Shown here piece after piece: positions 28,941-39,754 of a DNA stretch of 64,000 bases (the stretch's first letter is position 1; each line of letters begins with the position of its first letter). The translations under genes and the position numbers were made by a program. Origin of the DNA: Pirellulales bacterium (GTDB taxonomy: Bacteria; Planctomycetota; Planctomycetia; Pirellulales; PALSA-1355); contig CAVTBU010000006.1 in the NCBI GenBank assembly GCA_963733035.1, positions 544,001 to 608,000 on the forward strand. The letters are read 5' to 3'. The notes under the pieces are model-generated. The model was not told the origin of the DNA. It saw only the letters and a list, made by a program, of their open reading frames with translations, and ran no database searches.

Positions 28941-29594
28941 TCAGAATGGCGAGTCGGACGTCCACGCCATGCGTTGACCGCTCACGGGATGATCGATCGA
29001 CAATCGTACTGCATGCAACAACAGTCGCGACGACATCTTCAATGCTTCGGCATGCCCGTAAAGCGGATCGCCAAGAATCGGGTGGCCGACAGTCGCCAGA
29101 TGCAGCCGAATCTGATGGGAGCGGCCGGTGACCGGCCGGACTTCCAATCGGCTACGATCGTCCCCATGCTCACACAAACTCCAGCGGGTTTCGGCTGGGC
29201 GACCATCAATCAGATCGATCCTTTGCCTTGGTGGGCGATCGAAATCTTTGCGCATTGGTAGGTCAATCACGCCTTCGGCGCCGATCGGCATGCCATAGAC
29301 GATGGCGATATATTGTTTCTCGACCGTGCGCCGGGCGAACTGTCGACTCAGCTCACGCTGCACGTCGGGTGAAAGAGCCATAACCATCAGGCCCGATGTG
29401 TCACGATCGAGCCGATGCACTATGAGTGCCTGCGACAGCGCGGCTTGCACGCGGGCACTCAGGCAGTCCTGCAAATCGGGGCCGCGACCCGGTACGGCTA
29501 GCAGCCCGCTCGGCTTGTCGAGCACGATCAAATGTTCATCCTGGTAGATCGTTTGAAACGTCGACCGAGGCGGAACTTTGTGATGTTCATTCAC
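28941..29594 (-). CDS. rluA: RluA-family pseudouridine synthase
   Basis: DKPSGLLAVPG, VHRLDRDTSG, TGRSHQIRLH, GHPILGD; no S4 domain. Confidence 0.9.
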   Translation of the reverse strand: MNEHHKVPPRSTFQTIYQDEHLIVLDKPSGLLAVPGRGPDLQDCLSARVQAALSQALIVHRLDRDTSGLMVMALSPDVQRELSRQFARRTVEKQYIAIVYGMPIGAEGVIDLPMRKDFDRPPRQRIDLIDGRPAETRWSLCEHGDDRSRLEVRPVTGRSHQIRLHLATVGHPILGDPLYGHAEALKMSSRLLLHAVRLSIDHPVSGQRMAWTSDSPF

Positions 29595-29602
29595 TCAAGT
29601 CG

Positions 29603-32548
29603 TCACTCCGTCGGCAACGGCACCTGTTTTGAGCTGCGTAAATATGCCACCAGATCGCGGACGTCTTCCAACGGCAGCTTCGCCAGCAAGCCTTCGGGCA
29701 TCATGCTATTGGGAGTAGTGCGGCGTAGGTCGATTTCGTCCTTGGGTATCACGACCGCTTCAATGGCCGTCTGAAGTGTGACCCCAGTGTCGTCTTCGGC
29801 CTTGACGATGCCGCTGAGCACCCGGCCATCGGCGGTTTGGATGAGTTGCATGCGATATTCATTGGCCATCACAGCGCTGGGATCGAGTACGTTCGACAAC
29901 ACGTAGTCGAGGTTGTCTCGTTGTGCGCCCGTTAACTCGGGGCCAATGCGACCGCCGGCGTCAAATAAAGTATGGCAGGTCCCGCAGGTCTTTGCGAAAA
30001 CCGCTCGGCCGCGAGATCGATTGGCCGAAGCGAGCACGTCGTCGGTGAGCCGCCGTTTGTAGTCGGCAATCATCGCCAACCGGTCGGTTGCCGTAGGTCG
30101 CGCTGAGCCCCACTCGCTGACCAGCCACTCAGACACTCGGGCGTCATTCAGGCTCTGAAGTTGCTGAATGTGGAACGCGGATAGGTCCCGCTTGGAGATC
30201 GCGCCTTTCTCAACTGCATCGAGGAGTGTGTTGGCCCAGGCAGCACGCGACGCTAACACACTTACGGCCTCCTGCTTGGCCGGCGAGTCGAAGCTGGCGT
30301 AGGCAGTTAAAATCACCTCTGGCGTCGTGGCGTCGCTATAGCCGGCCAACCCACGCAAAGCGGCAACCCGAACCGATGGATCAACCACGAGTGGATGGAG
30401 GACCTCGGGCAGGGCAACGACCTTCGCCCGGGCCAGCGCGGCAATCGCCCGCGAGCGGTCGGCGTCGCTTTGTGTCGTATCGGTCGCGATCGAGCGCAGG
30501 TCGGCCACGGCATGCGGGTCGCCAAAGATCAGCGCCAGCAGCATTCCCTGTTCGCGGACCTGGGAATTCTTGTTGTTGACAAGTCGCGCGTACAGCGCCG
30601 ACCACCCTGCGGGTGCCGTCACGCGCCGCCGCGAACCGAGGGCTTCCCGGATGCCGGTCAAAATCGACTCCCGCAATCGGTCGTCGCCCGCTTGCATCGC
30701 AGCGACCAGTTCGGCCAGTTGTTCAGGTTCGGCATCGGCAGCAATCCGCCGGGCAATGTATTGCCGCAGGAGTGGCAACGGAGTGTCCGCCGCAAGTTGC
30801 AAGGCTCGCTTTGCGTCGCTTCCGGCCAGTGGCTCGACGCCGTACCAGAGCATCAGCGTCAGATTTGTGTCGTCGGCATCCTCGCCGTGTGTCGCCAGGG
30901 CCGTGGCGATTGGCCAGCGTTCGGACGGATTCAACCGCTGCAAGCCAGAGGCGAGCGCCATCCGCACCCAGGCCGAGGGATCGCTGGCGGCCAACTGCGA
31001 TAGTTTGTCGAGCACGCACGGCGCGGCCTTTCGGTCTTCGAGCTCCAGCTGTATTGCCCAACCGCGCACCACGTCGTAAGGACTCTCCATGACTCCGAGC
31101 AGCAGGCCCTCGTCGGTCGCTCCGATGGCGTGTAGGGTCCAGAGCGCTGCCAGCACGTCGACGTCGGCTTTCTCCTCGGCGAGCATAGTCAGCAAAGGCG
31201 CCGAGTCGATCTTCTTCCCAGCGGCGCGACGTTCTTGCAGAACCCGCCGGGCGTGCCTTACGAGCCATTGATTCTTGTGCGTTGTCAGATCGATCAACTC
31301 CGCGTCTGGCAACTTCGAAAGGTCGCCTCGCCATGGCTTCGTGTCACCGTAGGTGACCTTGTAGATGCGCCCGTTCGTGCGATCAACGACTTCGTAGTTG
31401 TGACACTCGCCGGTGTCGTTCCAATCGCTGACGTACACGCCGCCGTCGGGGCCATATTTCACCGCCAGGCCACGAAACCACGGGTCGCCGGCGTGCAACA
31501 CGTCATCGGCGTGGCGTGCCACGTAACCTGACGCATGCCGCTCCAGCACGTCACGGTTTAGTCGATTGCCATGCACGTTACACATGAAAATGTTGTTGCG
31601 GTATTCGTTAGGCCAGTTGTCACCAAGGTAGACCATGGCACCGACGTGGGCGTGTCCGCCACCGCTTGCATCATGCCGCTCTCCGCCACGGGCATCGGTC
31701 CAGTGGCCTCCGGCCCAATGGATGTGATCGGCCGCCGTACTCATCAGAGCGTAGGTATGCGGATTGAAATCCTGGCCAAACATCCGTTGAAAACGAGCCC
31801 CGGGAACGACGTGCCACAGGTGTTCGATCACGCAGTTGGTGATGAACGTCTGGCCGTAGGCGTCGAAATCGAGGCCCCACGGGTTGGTCGTGCCGGTGGC
31901 CACGACTTCGAACGTGCCCCGCGTGGGGTGTACCCGCCAGACGCCGCAGTTCATCGGCACGCGGTCGGTGTCCGGCGTGCCTGGCCGGCCAAGCTTGGAA
32001 TTCGAAAGGATGCCATTGCAGCCGTACAGCCAGCCGTCGACTCCCCAGGCCAGCGAACTGCTCACGTTATGCCGCGCTGTTGGGTCAAAGCCGTCGAGCT
32101 TCACTACGGCAGGACCGTCGGGCATGTCGTCTGCATTCATATCGGGGACGTAAATGAGGTTCGGTGTCGAGCAAAGCCAGATGCCCCCAAAGCCCCACTC
32201 AATGCTCGAAAGATTGCTGCCATTCTCCAAGAAGACCTTGCGGTCATCGAAAACGCCATCATTGTCGCGGTCTTCAAAGATCAGCACCTTGTCGTGTGCT
32301 TCACCCTTCCAGCCAGGATAGGAATGGTTTTCGACGACCCACAGCCGTCCGCGGTCGTCGAACGTGAACGCAATCGGTTGCACAACATCGGGCTCGCCGG
32401 CAAATAGCGTGGCCCGGAAGCCCGGCGGAAGCTTGAACCTCGCCGCGGCTTCAGCCGTACTCACCGGTCGATCCTGAGCTGTAACGATTTCAACGGTAGC
32501 AAAACAGCTCGTGATGAGATATGCGACAAGCAATTGCGAGCGGAGCAT
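29603..32548 (-). CDS. PVC-type membrane-bound dehydrogenase with HEAT repeats and C-terminal cytochrome c
   Basis: LFAGEPDVVQP, FDDRGRLWV, NPWGLDFD, GPDGGVYVSDW; CGTCH heme motif; IGPELTG; SMMPEGL. Confidence 0.9.
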   Translation of the reverse strand: MLRSQLLVAYLITSCFATVEIVTAQDRPVSTAEAAARFKLPPGFRATLFAGEPDVVQPIAFTFDDRGRLWVVENHSYPGWKGEAHDKVLIFEDRDNDGVFDDRKVFLENGSNLSSIEWGFGGIWLCSTPNLIYVPDMNADDMPDGPAVVKLDGFDPTARHNVSSSLAWGVDGWLYGCNGILSNSKLGRPGTPDTDRVPMNCGVWRVHPTRGTFEVVATGTTNPWGLDFDAYGQTFITNCVIEHLWHVVPGARFQRMFGQDFNPHTYALMSTAADHIHWAGGHWTDARGGERHDASGGGHAHVGAMVYLGDNWPNEYRNNIFMCNVHGNRLNRDVLERHASGYVARHADDVLHAGDPWFRGLAVKYGPDGGVYVSDWNDTGECHNYEVVDRTNGRIYKVTYGDTKPWRGDLSKLPDAELIDLTTHKNQWLVRHARRVLQERRAAGKKIDSAPLLTMLAEEKADVDVLAALWTLHAIGATDEGLLLGVMESPYDVVRGWAIQLELEDRKAAPCVLDKLSQLAASDPSAWVRMALASGLQRLNPSERWPIATALATHGEDADDTNLTLMLWYGVEPLAGSDAKRALQLAADTPLPLLRQYIARRIAADAEPEQLAELVAAMQAGDDRLRESILTGIREALGSRRRVTAPAGWSALYARLVNNKNSQVREQGMLLALIFGDPHAVADLRSIATDTTQSDADRSRAIAALARAKVVALPEVLHPLVVDPSVRVAALRGLAGYSDATTPEVILTAYASFDSPAKQEAVSVLASRAAWANTLLDAVEKGAISKRDLSAFHIQQLQSLNDARVSEWLVSEWGSARPTATDRLAMIADYKRRLTDDVLASANRSRGRAVFAKTCGTCHTLFDAGGRIGPELTGAQRDNLDYVLSNVLDPSAVMANEYRMQLIQTADGRVLSGIVKAEDDTGVTLQTAIEAVVIPKDEIDLRRTTPNSMMPEGLLAKLPLEDVRDLVAYLRSSKQVPLPTE

Positions 32549-32688
32549 TGCGAAAGTCTCGGGCGTAAGAGTTGATCTGGCTAGCCGCCGGTCGGCACCT
32601 GACGCACCAACTGGGATCCCCTGAGGATAAGTAGCCACGGTGCGACGTACCAGTCCCTTGTGTCCGAATCAATCGGAGGCGGTTGTGA

Positions 32689-33897
32689 TCAATCAGACGC
32701 CTTTGGACCGACGAGCAATGCCAGGATCGTCTGCGCATAAACGCGGTGGCCAAAGTCGCTTGGATGGTTCACACCATTGCCGGTTAGGTCGACCTCCCGC
32801 TTGTGTTTGAGCATTTCGGTCCAAACGTCCGTCAGATCGGCCAAAGCAATCCCCGGACCGACAAACGATCGCAAAACGTCGCGATATGGGGCGAACATTT
32901 CGCGCGGCGTGTGCGCCCAATTGGCGTTGCCAAGCATCGTGGAGACGAGGATCACTTCCGTTTCGGCATTGTGCTTGTGAATTCGCTCCAGCATGTCGGC
33001 AATCGAAGCGCGATACGACTCCGGATCCTTGCGCCCGACGTCATTCATGCCATACGCGATGACTATCAAATCGGGCAAATCGGGCTCCGCGGCCAGCAAG
33101 GCGTCGAGATCGCTCTGTCCTCGCCCGACATTCCAACCTCCAACAGCCCGATTCCGCAATCTGACGTCCGCTCCATAGGTCGCGCGAAGTTGCGCAACAA
33201 CCAAGTCCGGGTAGGGTGGCATCCAAGGCGGGGCCCCGCTAAAGCCCGAGGCGTTGTATCCCTCGGAAATGCTGTCACCGCTGACGGCCACAGTGAGTCG
33301 TTGCTTTTTCTGGAGCTTGGCCAACGTTTTGGGAAGCTGGTCCTTTGCGAACTGCGGAGTCTTGCCAGGCCAATTGACCGGAGCATGTGCATATGTGACC
33401 TCGACCTGTTGATCGTGAAACCAGTGGGCATTGTCAAACAGTACGCTCCGCGATGGGTCACCAGTTTTTTGCGGAATGCTTCGTGGAGCACCAGCGGGCG
33501 GGAAGAGTTCGGCGGCCGTCAGTCGTGGGATCCGTGAATTGGGGGTGAGGACGAGCGTGCGACCGTCGGACTGTACTTCGAAATCGCGTCCCGCGTCGAA
33601 CGACTGCGTACCGTCGGCTCGATGTACCGCTAGAATTTTCTCGGCCGGTAACAGCAGGTTTCCCGTCGCCGGTTCATCTTCCGAGTCGCGCACGAATAGC
33701 GTGCTTTCGCGATGGACCATGTTGCCTTGCCAAATTGGTTCGAGTAGGTGCAACTCCGGCAACATTTCCTCGACCGCGGGTCGTTTCGTTGACGGCTCCT
33801 CGCCACGCGCCGAGCCAAACGCGCATACGACAAATAGTCCCAAACAAATTGGCAGTCTAGGCACGAATTTACCTCCAAATAGCGTCGAAGTATGCAC
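32689..33897 (-). CDS. SGNH/GDSL hydrolase family protein, secreted
   Basis: GDSIS, AYGMND, NGVNHP; N-terminal signal peptide. Confidence 0.85.
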   Translation of the reverse strand: MHTSTLFGGKFVPRLPICLGLFVVCAFGSARGEEPSTKRPAVEEMLPELHLLEPIWQGNMVHRESTLFVRDSEDEPATGNLLLPAEKILAVHRADGTQSFDAGRDFEVQSDGRTLVLTPNSRIPRLTAAELFPPAGAPRSIPQKTGDPSRSVLFDNAHWFHDQQVEVTYAHAPVNWPGKTPQFAKDQLPKTLAKLQKKQRLTVAVSGDSISEGYNASGFSGAPPWMPPYPDLVVAQLRATYGADVRLRNRAVGGWNVGRGQSDLDALLAAEPDLPDLIVIAYGMNDVGRKDPESYRASIADMLERIHKHNAETEVILVSTMLGNANWAHTPREMFAPYRDVLRSFVGPGIALADLTDVWTEMLKHKREVDLTGNGVNHPSDFGHRVYAQTILALLVGPKASD

Positions 33898-34206
33898 GAC
33901 GGAATCACTTCCGACAGTCCTATGCTACTACAAGGGGCCGGAGGAGTAACATCCTCTGGGAAAGCAAGTATGATCCCTGCCGCAAGGCACCACTACCGCC
34001 ACGGTTGGCGAGTGGCTAGGATCGAACGGCATGAGCTGGGGAGTTTTCCGCGTGCGAGCAAACTGCGATGCCAATTCGATGACGCGTCATGCTGGCAAAT
34101 GTCCCTTTCCGATCAATCACACGTTGAAACGAGAGACCGCTGAAAGATCCGCCCGCGATGTCGTTTGTAGCCAGGAGGAAATCGAATGAGGCCCCGGGGT
34201 GGCGCC

Positions 34207-35602
34207 ATGCGATTTGCGTGGAAAATGTTGATTTTGATGATACTTGCAACGCGCATGAGTTCCGTTGCCGAAGCGCAGGCGACTTGGAAGGCCGGAATAG
34301 CGCGGCGCAGTGGTTACTCCCGATACGCCGGTCTGGTTGGCTGGCTACGGTACGAAGCGCCCGCCCGATGGGAAGTTGCATGACCTGTGGATGAAGGCCC
34401 TGGCGCTCGAGGACGAACGCGGCTTCCGCGCTGTTTTGATCACCAGTGATTTCCAGGGCGTGCCAAAGACAATGAGTGATCGCGTGTTCATAGAACTGCG
34501 CAAGTGCTTTGGCCTGGAACGACGGCAGGTGATGTTCACCTTCTCGCACAACCATTGCGGCCCACGACTAGGAGATGACCTAGTCGACTACTATCCGGTC
34601 GATAAGGTACAAGTCGAACTCGTTCGCAATTACACAGATCAGATGGTGAAAAGATCCGTGGCCCTTGTGGGCCAGGCGCTGGCGGGCCTGCAACCGGCGC
34701 GGTTGGAAATGGGCGAAGGAAAGACAACTTTCGCCGTCAATCGCCGTAACAATCGCGAGGCGGACGTACCGGCGATGTTAGCCAGCAGCACACCGCTGGC
34801 CGGGCCCGTCGATCATGCCGTACCGGTGCTCGCGGTCAGGCGACCTGACGGCCGACTAATGGCGGTACTTTTCGGCTATGCCTGCCATCCGACAACGCTG
34901 AGTTTCAATACTTGGTGTGGCGACTACCCAGGCTTCGCCCAATTGGAGTTGGAAAAGGCACATCCGGGCGTCTTGGCAATGTTCGTCAATACGTGTGGCG
35001 GTGACCAGAATCCATTGCCGCGCCGAAGTGTCGAGCTGTGCCAGAAGTACGGCCAGATGCTTGCCAACGCGGTGGAGGACACGTTGCAGCAACCGCTCAA
35101 ACGGGTGTTGCCGCACCTGCGAGCGGCGTTTGCCTACGTCGAGTTGCCGTACTTGCAGGTCGCCTCGCGCGACGAGTTGCACGCGGCGGCACGGAGCGAC
35201 AATGCCATTCGCGCCCGTTGGGCCGCGCGGATGCTCGAAAAACTAGCTATGGGGGAAAAGTTTGCCGACTCGTATCCGTACCCGGTGCACGCCTGGCGAC
35301 TGGGCCAGCAGATGCTCGTCATCGGAATGGGTGCCGAAACGGTGGTCGACTACGCGTTGCGTTTCAAGCAGGAATTCGGCCCCGGCACCTGGGTGTGCGG
35401 CTATGCCGATGACATGATCGCCTACATTCCGTCGCGTCGCGTGTGGGAGGAGGGGGGCTATGAGGGCGGTTCGAACCTCTACGAATACGGCCGGCCGGCC
35501 TTGCGTTGGTCGGGGGACGTGGAGGAACGGATCGCTTCGACCGTGGATCAACTGGTCGCTCAGATCAGCGATGAATTGCAAACAACCGGAGATAGGCGTT
35601 GA
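34207..35602 (+). CDS. Neutral/alkaline ceramidase-like hydrolase, apparent frameshift near 34305
   Basis: Signal peptide and WKAGIAR in ORF 34186..34383 continue into VTPDTPVWLAGY; SHNHCGP, YACHPT, DYPG, GGDQNP, EGGYEG. Confidence 0.82.
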
Positions 35603-35638
35603 CGGGCGAAGGCAGTTGATGACGCTTGGGTCGGCGGG

Positions 35639-37255
35639 TTACAAGGTGTTGTACGCCCGCAACCTGCCGGCGGCCAATTCGCGCGTGAATTTGTAGAAGT
35701 GCCAATGCGTTACGCAGCGATTCATGAACTGCGCGAAGCCGATGATGTCGCGACGATGCCGGAGGTTTTGCGTGAAGAAGTATTTCACATAGATGCGTCC
35801 GACCGAGAGTAAGGAACCGTCCCACAACAGCGCCCAGAACAATGACCACAGCAATGCCAGGCCGTATCCCAGTGTCGGCAAGCATTTTCCCTCGCCGGCC
35901 TTGCGGCAAATCTCGGCACGCCGCTCCAGATATTCCGGGGATTCGTAAACCTTGAAATACCGCTCGAGATAGGCCTCGGGCGCATAGAGTCGTTTGACCA
36001 AGTCCCAATAGCCTTGGCGAAGTTCATCCCGGCTCATTTGTTGGGGAACGAAATTGCAGCTCGGGTCTTCCTCGACCAGCCGGCCTTCGCGCTTCAGGCG
36101 GTTGTAGAGAGGGGTTTTGGGTATGGCCTGCAGCATGCCTACCATTGCCAAGGTAATGCCGTTTTCCTGGATGAATCGAAACTGGTCGTCGAAGATTCCC
36201 TTGTCATCGCTATCGAATCCAACAATGAATCCCGCGTTAACGTCAATGCCGGCGCGCTGAATTCGTGCCAGCTTCGAACCCAGGGAATCGCCACGAACAT
36301 TCTGATACTTCTTGGTTTCATTGAGCGAATCGACGCGTGGCGTTTCAATTCCGATGAATACGCTACGGAAATTCGCGCGATACATCATGTCCAGTAGTTC
36401 AGCATCCTCCGCCAAATCGATGCTCGCCTCGGTCGTCAGTCTCAGCGGATAGTTGTGCTGTTCCATCCAGGGAATGAGCTTCTCCAGCAGGGCCTTCGCC
36501 TTCTTCTTGTTGCCGATGAAGTTGTCATCGACAATGAAGGCCGAGTGGAATCCGGCGCAACGCATATCGTCCAGCTCGGCGACGAGTTGATCGGGATCCT
36601 TGACCCGCGGCCGCCGGCCATAAATCACGATGATGTCGCAAAACTCACATTGAAACGGACAGCCCCGAGAATACTGCAGTGCCCCGGATGCATAGCGGTC
36701 GACCTTCAGAAGATCGAACCGCGGGCGCGGCACGGTCAACATGTCCGTGGGCTGCAATTGTTCGTAGCGTTTCTCGGTGGCATTGCCTCTGGCAAAATCA
36801 TCCAAAAATTGGGGCCAGGTTGTTTCCGCTTCGCCCACGAAGGTGACATCACATAGACCCTCGAAAAACTCCTCCTGAACGGAAACAAAAGGACCGCCAA
36901 CCACCGTAAAGATCTTGAGGTCGCGCAGCTTCAGCAGGATCTGTCGAGTCCGCACCTTTTGCACGTTCATTCCCGTCACGCCGATGAGGTCGTAATTCTG
37001 CAGCGATTCCCAGTCAATCTCCTCCACGTTCTCGTCAACCAGTCGCACGTCGTGGTGACCACAAAGACCGGCCAGAGCCGTTAGCGAACCGGAGATCATG
37101 GTGCTACGCTTGTCGCCCGGGTAAAGCGGGAGGGCGAAGTCGAATCCCCAGTAAGATGGCTCAAAGCGGGGATTGATCAGACAGATGGAGAGCCGCCTGG
37201 CGGGCGGACCGGTCGGGGTTGCCACCACTGGCAATGACAGCAGATCGATATTCAT
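35639..37255 (-). CDS. B12-binding radical SAM protein (DUF4070, HpnP-like family)
   Basis: N-terminal B12 domain (LVDENVE, GVTGM, VVGGP); RGCPFQCEFC CxxxCxxC; VDDNFIGN; FIGIET; GFIVGFD. Confidence 0.9.
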   Translation of the reverse strand: MNIDLLSLPVVATPTGPPARRLSICLINPRFEPSYWGFDFALPLYPGDKRSTMISGSLTALAGLCGHHDVRLVDENVEEIDWESLQNYDLIGVTGMNVQKVRTRQILLKLRDLKIFTVVGGPFVSVQEEFFEGLCDVTFVGEAETTWPQFLDDFARGNATEKRYEQLQPTDMLTVPRPRFDLLKVDRYASGALQYSRGCPFQCEFCDIIVIYGRRPRVKDPDQLVAELDDMRCAGFHSAFIVDDNFIGNKKKAKALLEKLIPWMEQHNYPLRLTTEASIDLAEDAELLDMMYRANFRSVFIGIETPRVDSLNETKKYQNVRGDSLGSKLARIQRAGIDVNAGFIVGFDSDDKGIFDDQFRFIQENGITLAMVGMLQAIPKTPLYNRLKREGRLVEEDPSCNFVPQQMSRDELRQGYWDLVKRLYAPEAYLERYFKVYESPEYLERRAEICRKAGEGKCLPTLGYGLALLWSLFWALLWDGSLLSVGRIYVKYFFTQNLRHRRDIIGFAQFMNRCVTHWHFYKFTRELAAGRLRAYNTL

Positions 37256-37565
37256 TCCGCCGCGTTCATGCGGTTTCTCCAACGTGGCTGCAAGTAAGGA
37301 AGGAATCGGGTCGACGCTTTGCTGATGGCGGGCCAAGAGTACGCTAAGCGGCGTATTTGTCGAATAGCAACCTTGCTCGCGGTTGCCCGTTTTCCTTGTC
37401 TTCTCTTGGCCTTGAGACGTCCCTTAATCTGCTTCTGCGACGATCGAGGTACATGCCGCACTTTCGTATGGATTCGTAAGCTTTGAGTTTGCAATGTGTT
37501 GCTTTATGAGATACAATATTTGTAGGTTCAGTTTTGGGATATCTAATTTGGATGAGGTTGCTGCA

Positions 37566-38087
37566 ATGGCAGACGTGCTGATTACACGACAAATGTTTCT
37601 TGCCGACCGTCAGGGACGAAAGTTCGCCGACGTTCTGAACGATCCGGAGCAGCCCCTCGATCAGGTGCTCGCCTTTTTCAACGACGGCGATCGGCAACGG
37701 CGGATGGAAGAAGCGGAACTCCATCACAATCGGCCACCCTTGGCGGGCGTCGTGCGCGAGCTTGAGTTTCATAGCGACGTGGATCGGTTTCTGGCAACAC
37801 AGGATCCCCGCCGTACGAAGCGCCTGCGGCAGGCTGTCGGCGTTGTGGTGCGCATGATCATGGAGCGTCGCGGTTGGCGAAAAACCGGCAAAAAAGGTTC
37901 GCTGGGAGTACGTCTCGCCGGGCCGCGGTCCGACAAACCGGGTGCCAACCATAACACGGGTGGGTTGGCCCTTTGGTTTCTACGAGCAGAGCGATACGAG
38001 CGACCCGACGGAATGCCCTTTCAGACGGTGCGAGCCCGACGCGACGAATTTGAATCGGTTGCGGCCCAAGATTCTTCGATGGATTAG
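37566..38087 (+). CDS. Hypothetical protein
   Basis: ATG with GAGGT SD; 173 aa, protein-like composition; first gene of a co-oriented run. Confidence 0.75.
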   Translation: MADVLITRQMFLADRQGRKFADVLNDPEQPLDQVLAFFNDGDRQRRMEEAELHHNRPPLAGVVRELEFHSDVDRFLATQDPRRTKRLRQAVGVVVRMIMERRGWRKTGKKGSLGVRLAGPRSDKPGANHNTGGLALWFLRAERYERPDGMPFQTVRARRDEFESVAAQDSSMD

Positions 38088-38120
38088 CGCGATTCACCAT
38101 TTGCGCACGGGATCGAGCGA

Positions 38121-38522
38121 GTGGCATTTTTAGGAAGCCGTGAAGTCATACGCGAGAGCTTGCACGCGGATAGAGAGATCAAAATGTTGCTTGATGCCAT
38201 TCGTGCGGAACTTGGTCGGCTGCAAGTGCACGCGGTGAATCTCGGGGTCGAGACGAACGACGATGGCCGCGTCTCACTGCAAGGGAGTCTTCTCAAATAC
38301 TGGGATCTACCGACTTTCCTCGATGGCCAATGGTTGCTGGTAGAACTTCAGAGGCTACCTGATGCGGCCGGCCCAGAAGCCGTGATGCACGGTCTCGTTG
38401 CAGCCCACGGCGAAAACGAGAAGTCCATCCAATCCCGCATTAGTCGGACTCAACTGCGACTCTTTGATCCGCAAAGCAGGATCTCTGCCGCAGAAATAGC
38501 GATCGCCCGGAAGGACAGCTAG
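38121..38522 (+). CDS. Hypothetical protein
   Basis: 133-aa ORF ending 1 nt before the next ATG. Confidence 0.65.
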   Translation: MAFLGSREVIRESLHADREIKMLLDAIRAELGRLQVHAVNLGVETNDDGRVSLQGSLLKYWDLPTFLDGQWLLVELQRLPDAAGPEAVMHGLVAAHGENEKSIQSRISRTQLRLFDPQSRISAAEIAIARKDS

Positions 38523-38523
38523 C

Positions 38524-39282
38524 ATGGAAAGTTCACCTAGTGAACTCACACCGGGTTCGGAGATCAATCTGCTGTTACCATATGTCACTGATTTGGAGTT
38601 TGAGGTAGACCGACTTCGAAGACAGAGCCGATTTGTCGAGCGAAAGGCGTGGGATGCTCTCCAGAAGCTGCGATCGTTGTGCAAGGAAGCGACGAAGTCG
38701 GAAGGCAATGGCAATGCGATCGTGCAAGTCGAACGTACGATACTTGAGCTTTCGGAAGTCCTCGAAGACTTACACGAGCAACCCGGATATCATCCCGCGC
38801 ACGACCAAGTTGTCGCGATTGCGATTCGGCCCATGATTGAGCAGGTTTTTCGCTGGCAGCAGCGCTTGGAGGATGCCCCTTGTGCGGTGCTGCGCATGGA
38901 GTTGGAAGTCGATTACCTCGATTGGTTTCCGGCCCGATTTCGCCATATCGTCGATAATCTTATCGCCAATGCCCTGAGATATGCCGAGGCCGATAACGGC
39001 GAGTCGCGAGTCACGCTTGGACTTCGGCGCTCTGTGGACGGCTATGAATTACGCATCGCCGATAACGGCGTGGGCATTGCTTCCCAGGCGCAGATCGAAA
39101 TGCTCGAGTTGTTCCATCGCGCGGCGCCGGCTCGGGCGGCAGGCTTGGGGGTCGGTCTGGCAGTCGTCAAATTGCTCATCGAGCAAAGCGGCGGCACGCT
39201 GACGGTCGAATCCATTGAAGGCCAGGGGAGCTCCTTCCTGGCCATTTTGCCGCGCTATGACATCAATGACTTTCTCGAATGA
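38524..39282 (+). CDS. Histidine-kinase-like ATPase (HATPase_c) without recognisable H-box or sensor domain
   Basis: N box DNLIANALRY, G1 IADNGVG, G2 GLGVGLAVV, GQGSSF; N-terminal coiled coil without a SHxxR motif. Confidence 0.85.
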   Translation: MESSPSELTPGSEINLLLPYVTDLEFEVDRLRRQSRFVERKAWDALQKLRSLCKEATKSEGNGNAIVQVERTILELSEVLEDLHEQPGYHPAHDQVVAIAIRPMIEQVFRWQQRLEDAPCAVLRMELEVDYLDWFPARFRHIVDNLIANALRYAEADNGESRVTLGLRRSVDGYELRIADNGVGIASQAQIEMLELFHRAAPARAAGLGVGLAVVKLLIEQSGGTLTVESIEGQGSSFLAILPRYDINDFLE

Positions 39283-39545
39283 TCGCAAATCACATGTCTG
39301 AAGAAATTCAACAGGATCACTTGCAGGCCGATTTGTCGAGGGTCGAGAAACTCAAGGAACTCTCTCGCTCGGGAGTAATTGACCGGCCGTTGAGTTATTT
39401 CAATCATTTGATTGACCTCTACGGCGATCCTGGCCGAATGGGCCCTCACCGTACTTTTACTGACAGGGAACGAGAGAGAGTCGATCTCTTCTTGGCATCC
39501 TTCACCACACCCATTTCTCATGACGATGATCGGAAAGTCCGATGA
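39279..39545 (+). CDS. Hypothetical protein
   Basis: ATGA overlaps with both neighbours. Confidence 0.65.
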   Translation: MIANHMSEEIQQDHLQADLSRVEKLKELSRSGVIDRPLSYFNHLIDLYGDPGRMGPHRTFTDRERERVDLFLASFTTPISHDDDRKVR

Positions 39546-39724
39546 GGCTCGTACACTGCCGTAGATGCTTTCAGGCAACGCCGCTACTGACCCGATGCTG
39601 CACGCATTGCGGGGAAATCGACCGGTTTCGCGTCGTGAGAGGCTTCGGCGAAATGTTGATTTATTTCGCCGGTGGCGTATTGGCAATTGGTTTGGTGGTT
39701 TGGATCGCCCGCGTCTTGTCCTGA
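39542..39724 (+). CDS. Small zinc-ribbon membrane protein
   Basis: CRRC...CTHC followed by one C-terminal TM helix; ATGA-coupled. Confidence 0.65.
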   Translation: MRLVHCRRCFQATPLLTRCCTHCGEIDRFRVVRGFGEMLIYFAGGVLAIGLVVWIARVLS

Positions 39725-39754
39725 GGTCATCCCGAGCGTCTCGGTGTCAAAACA

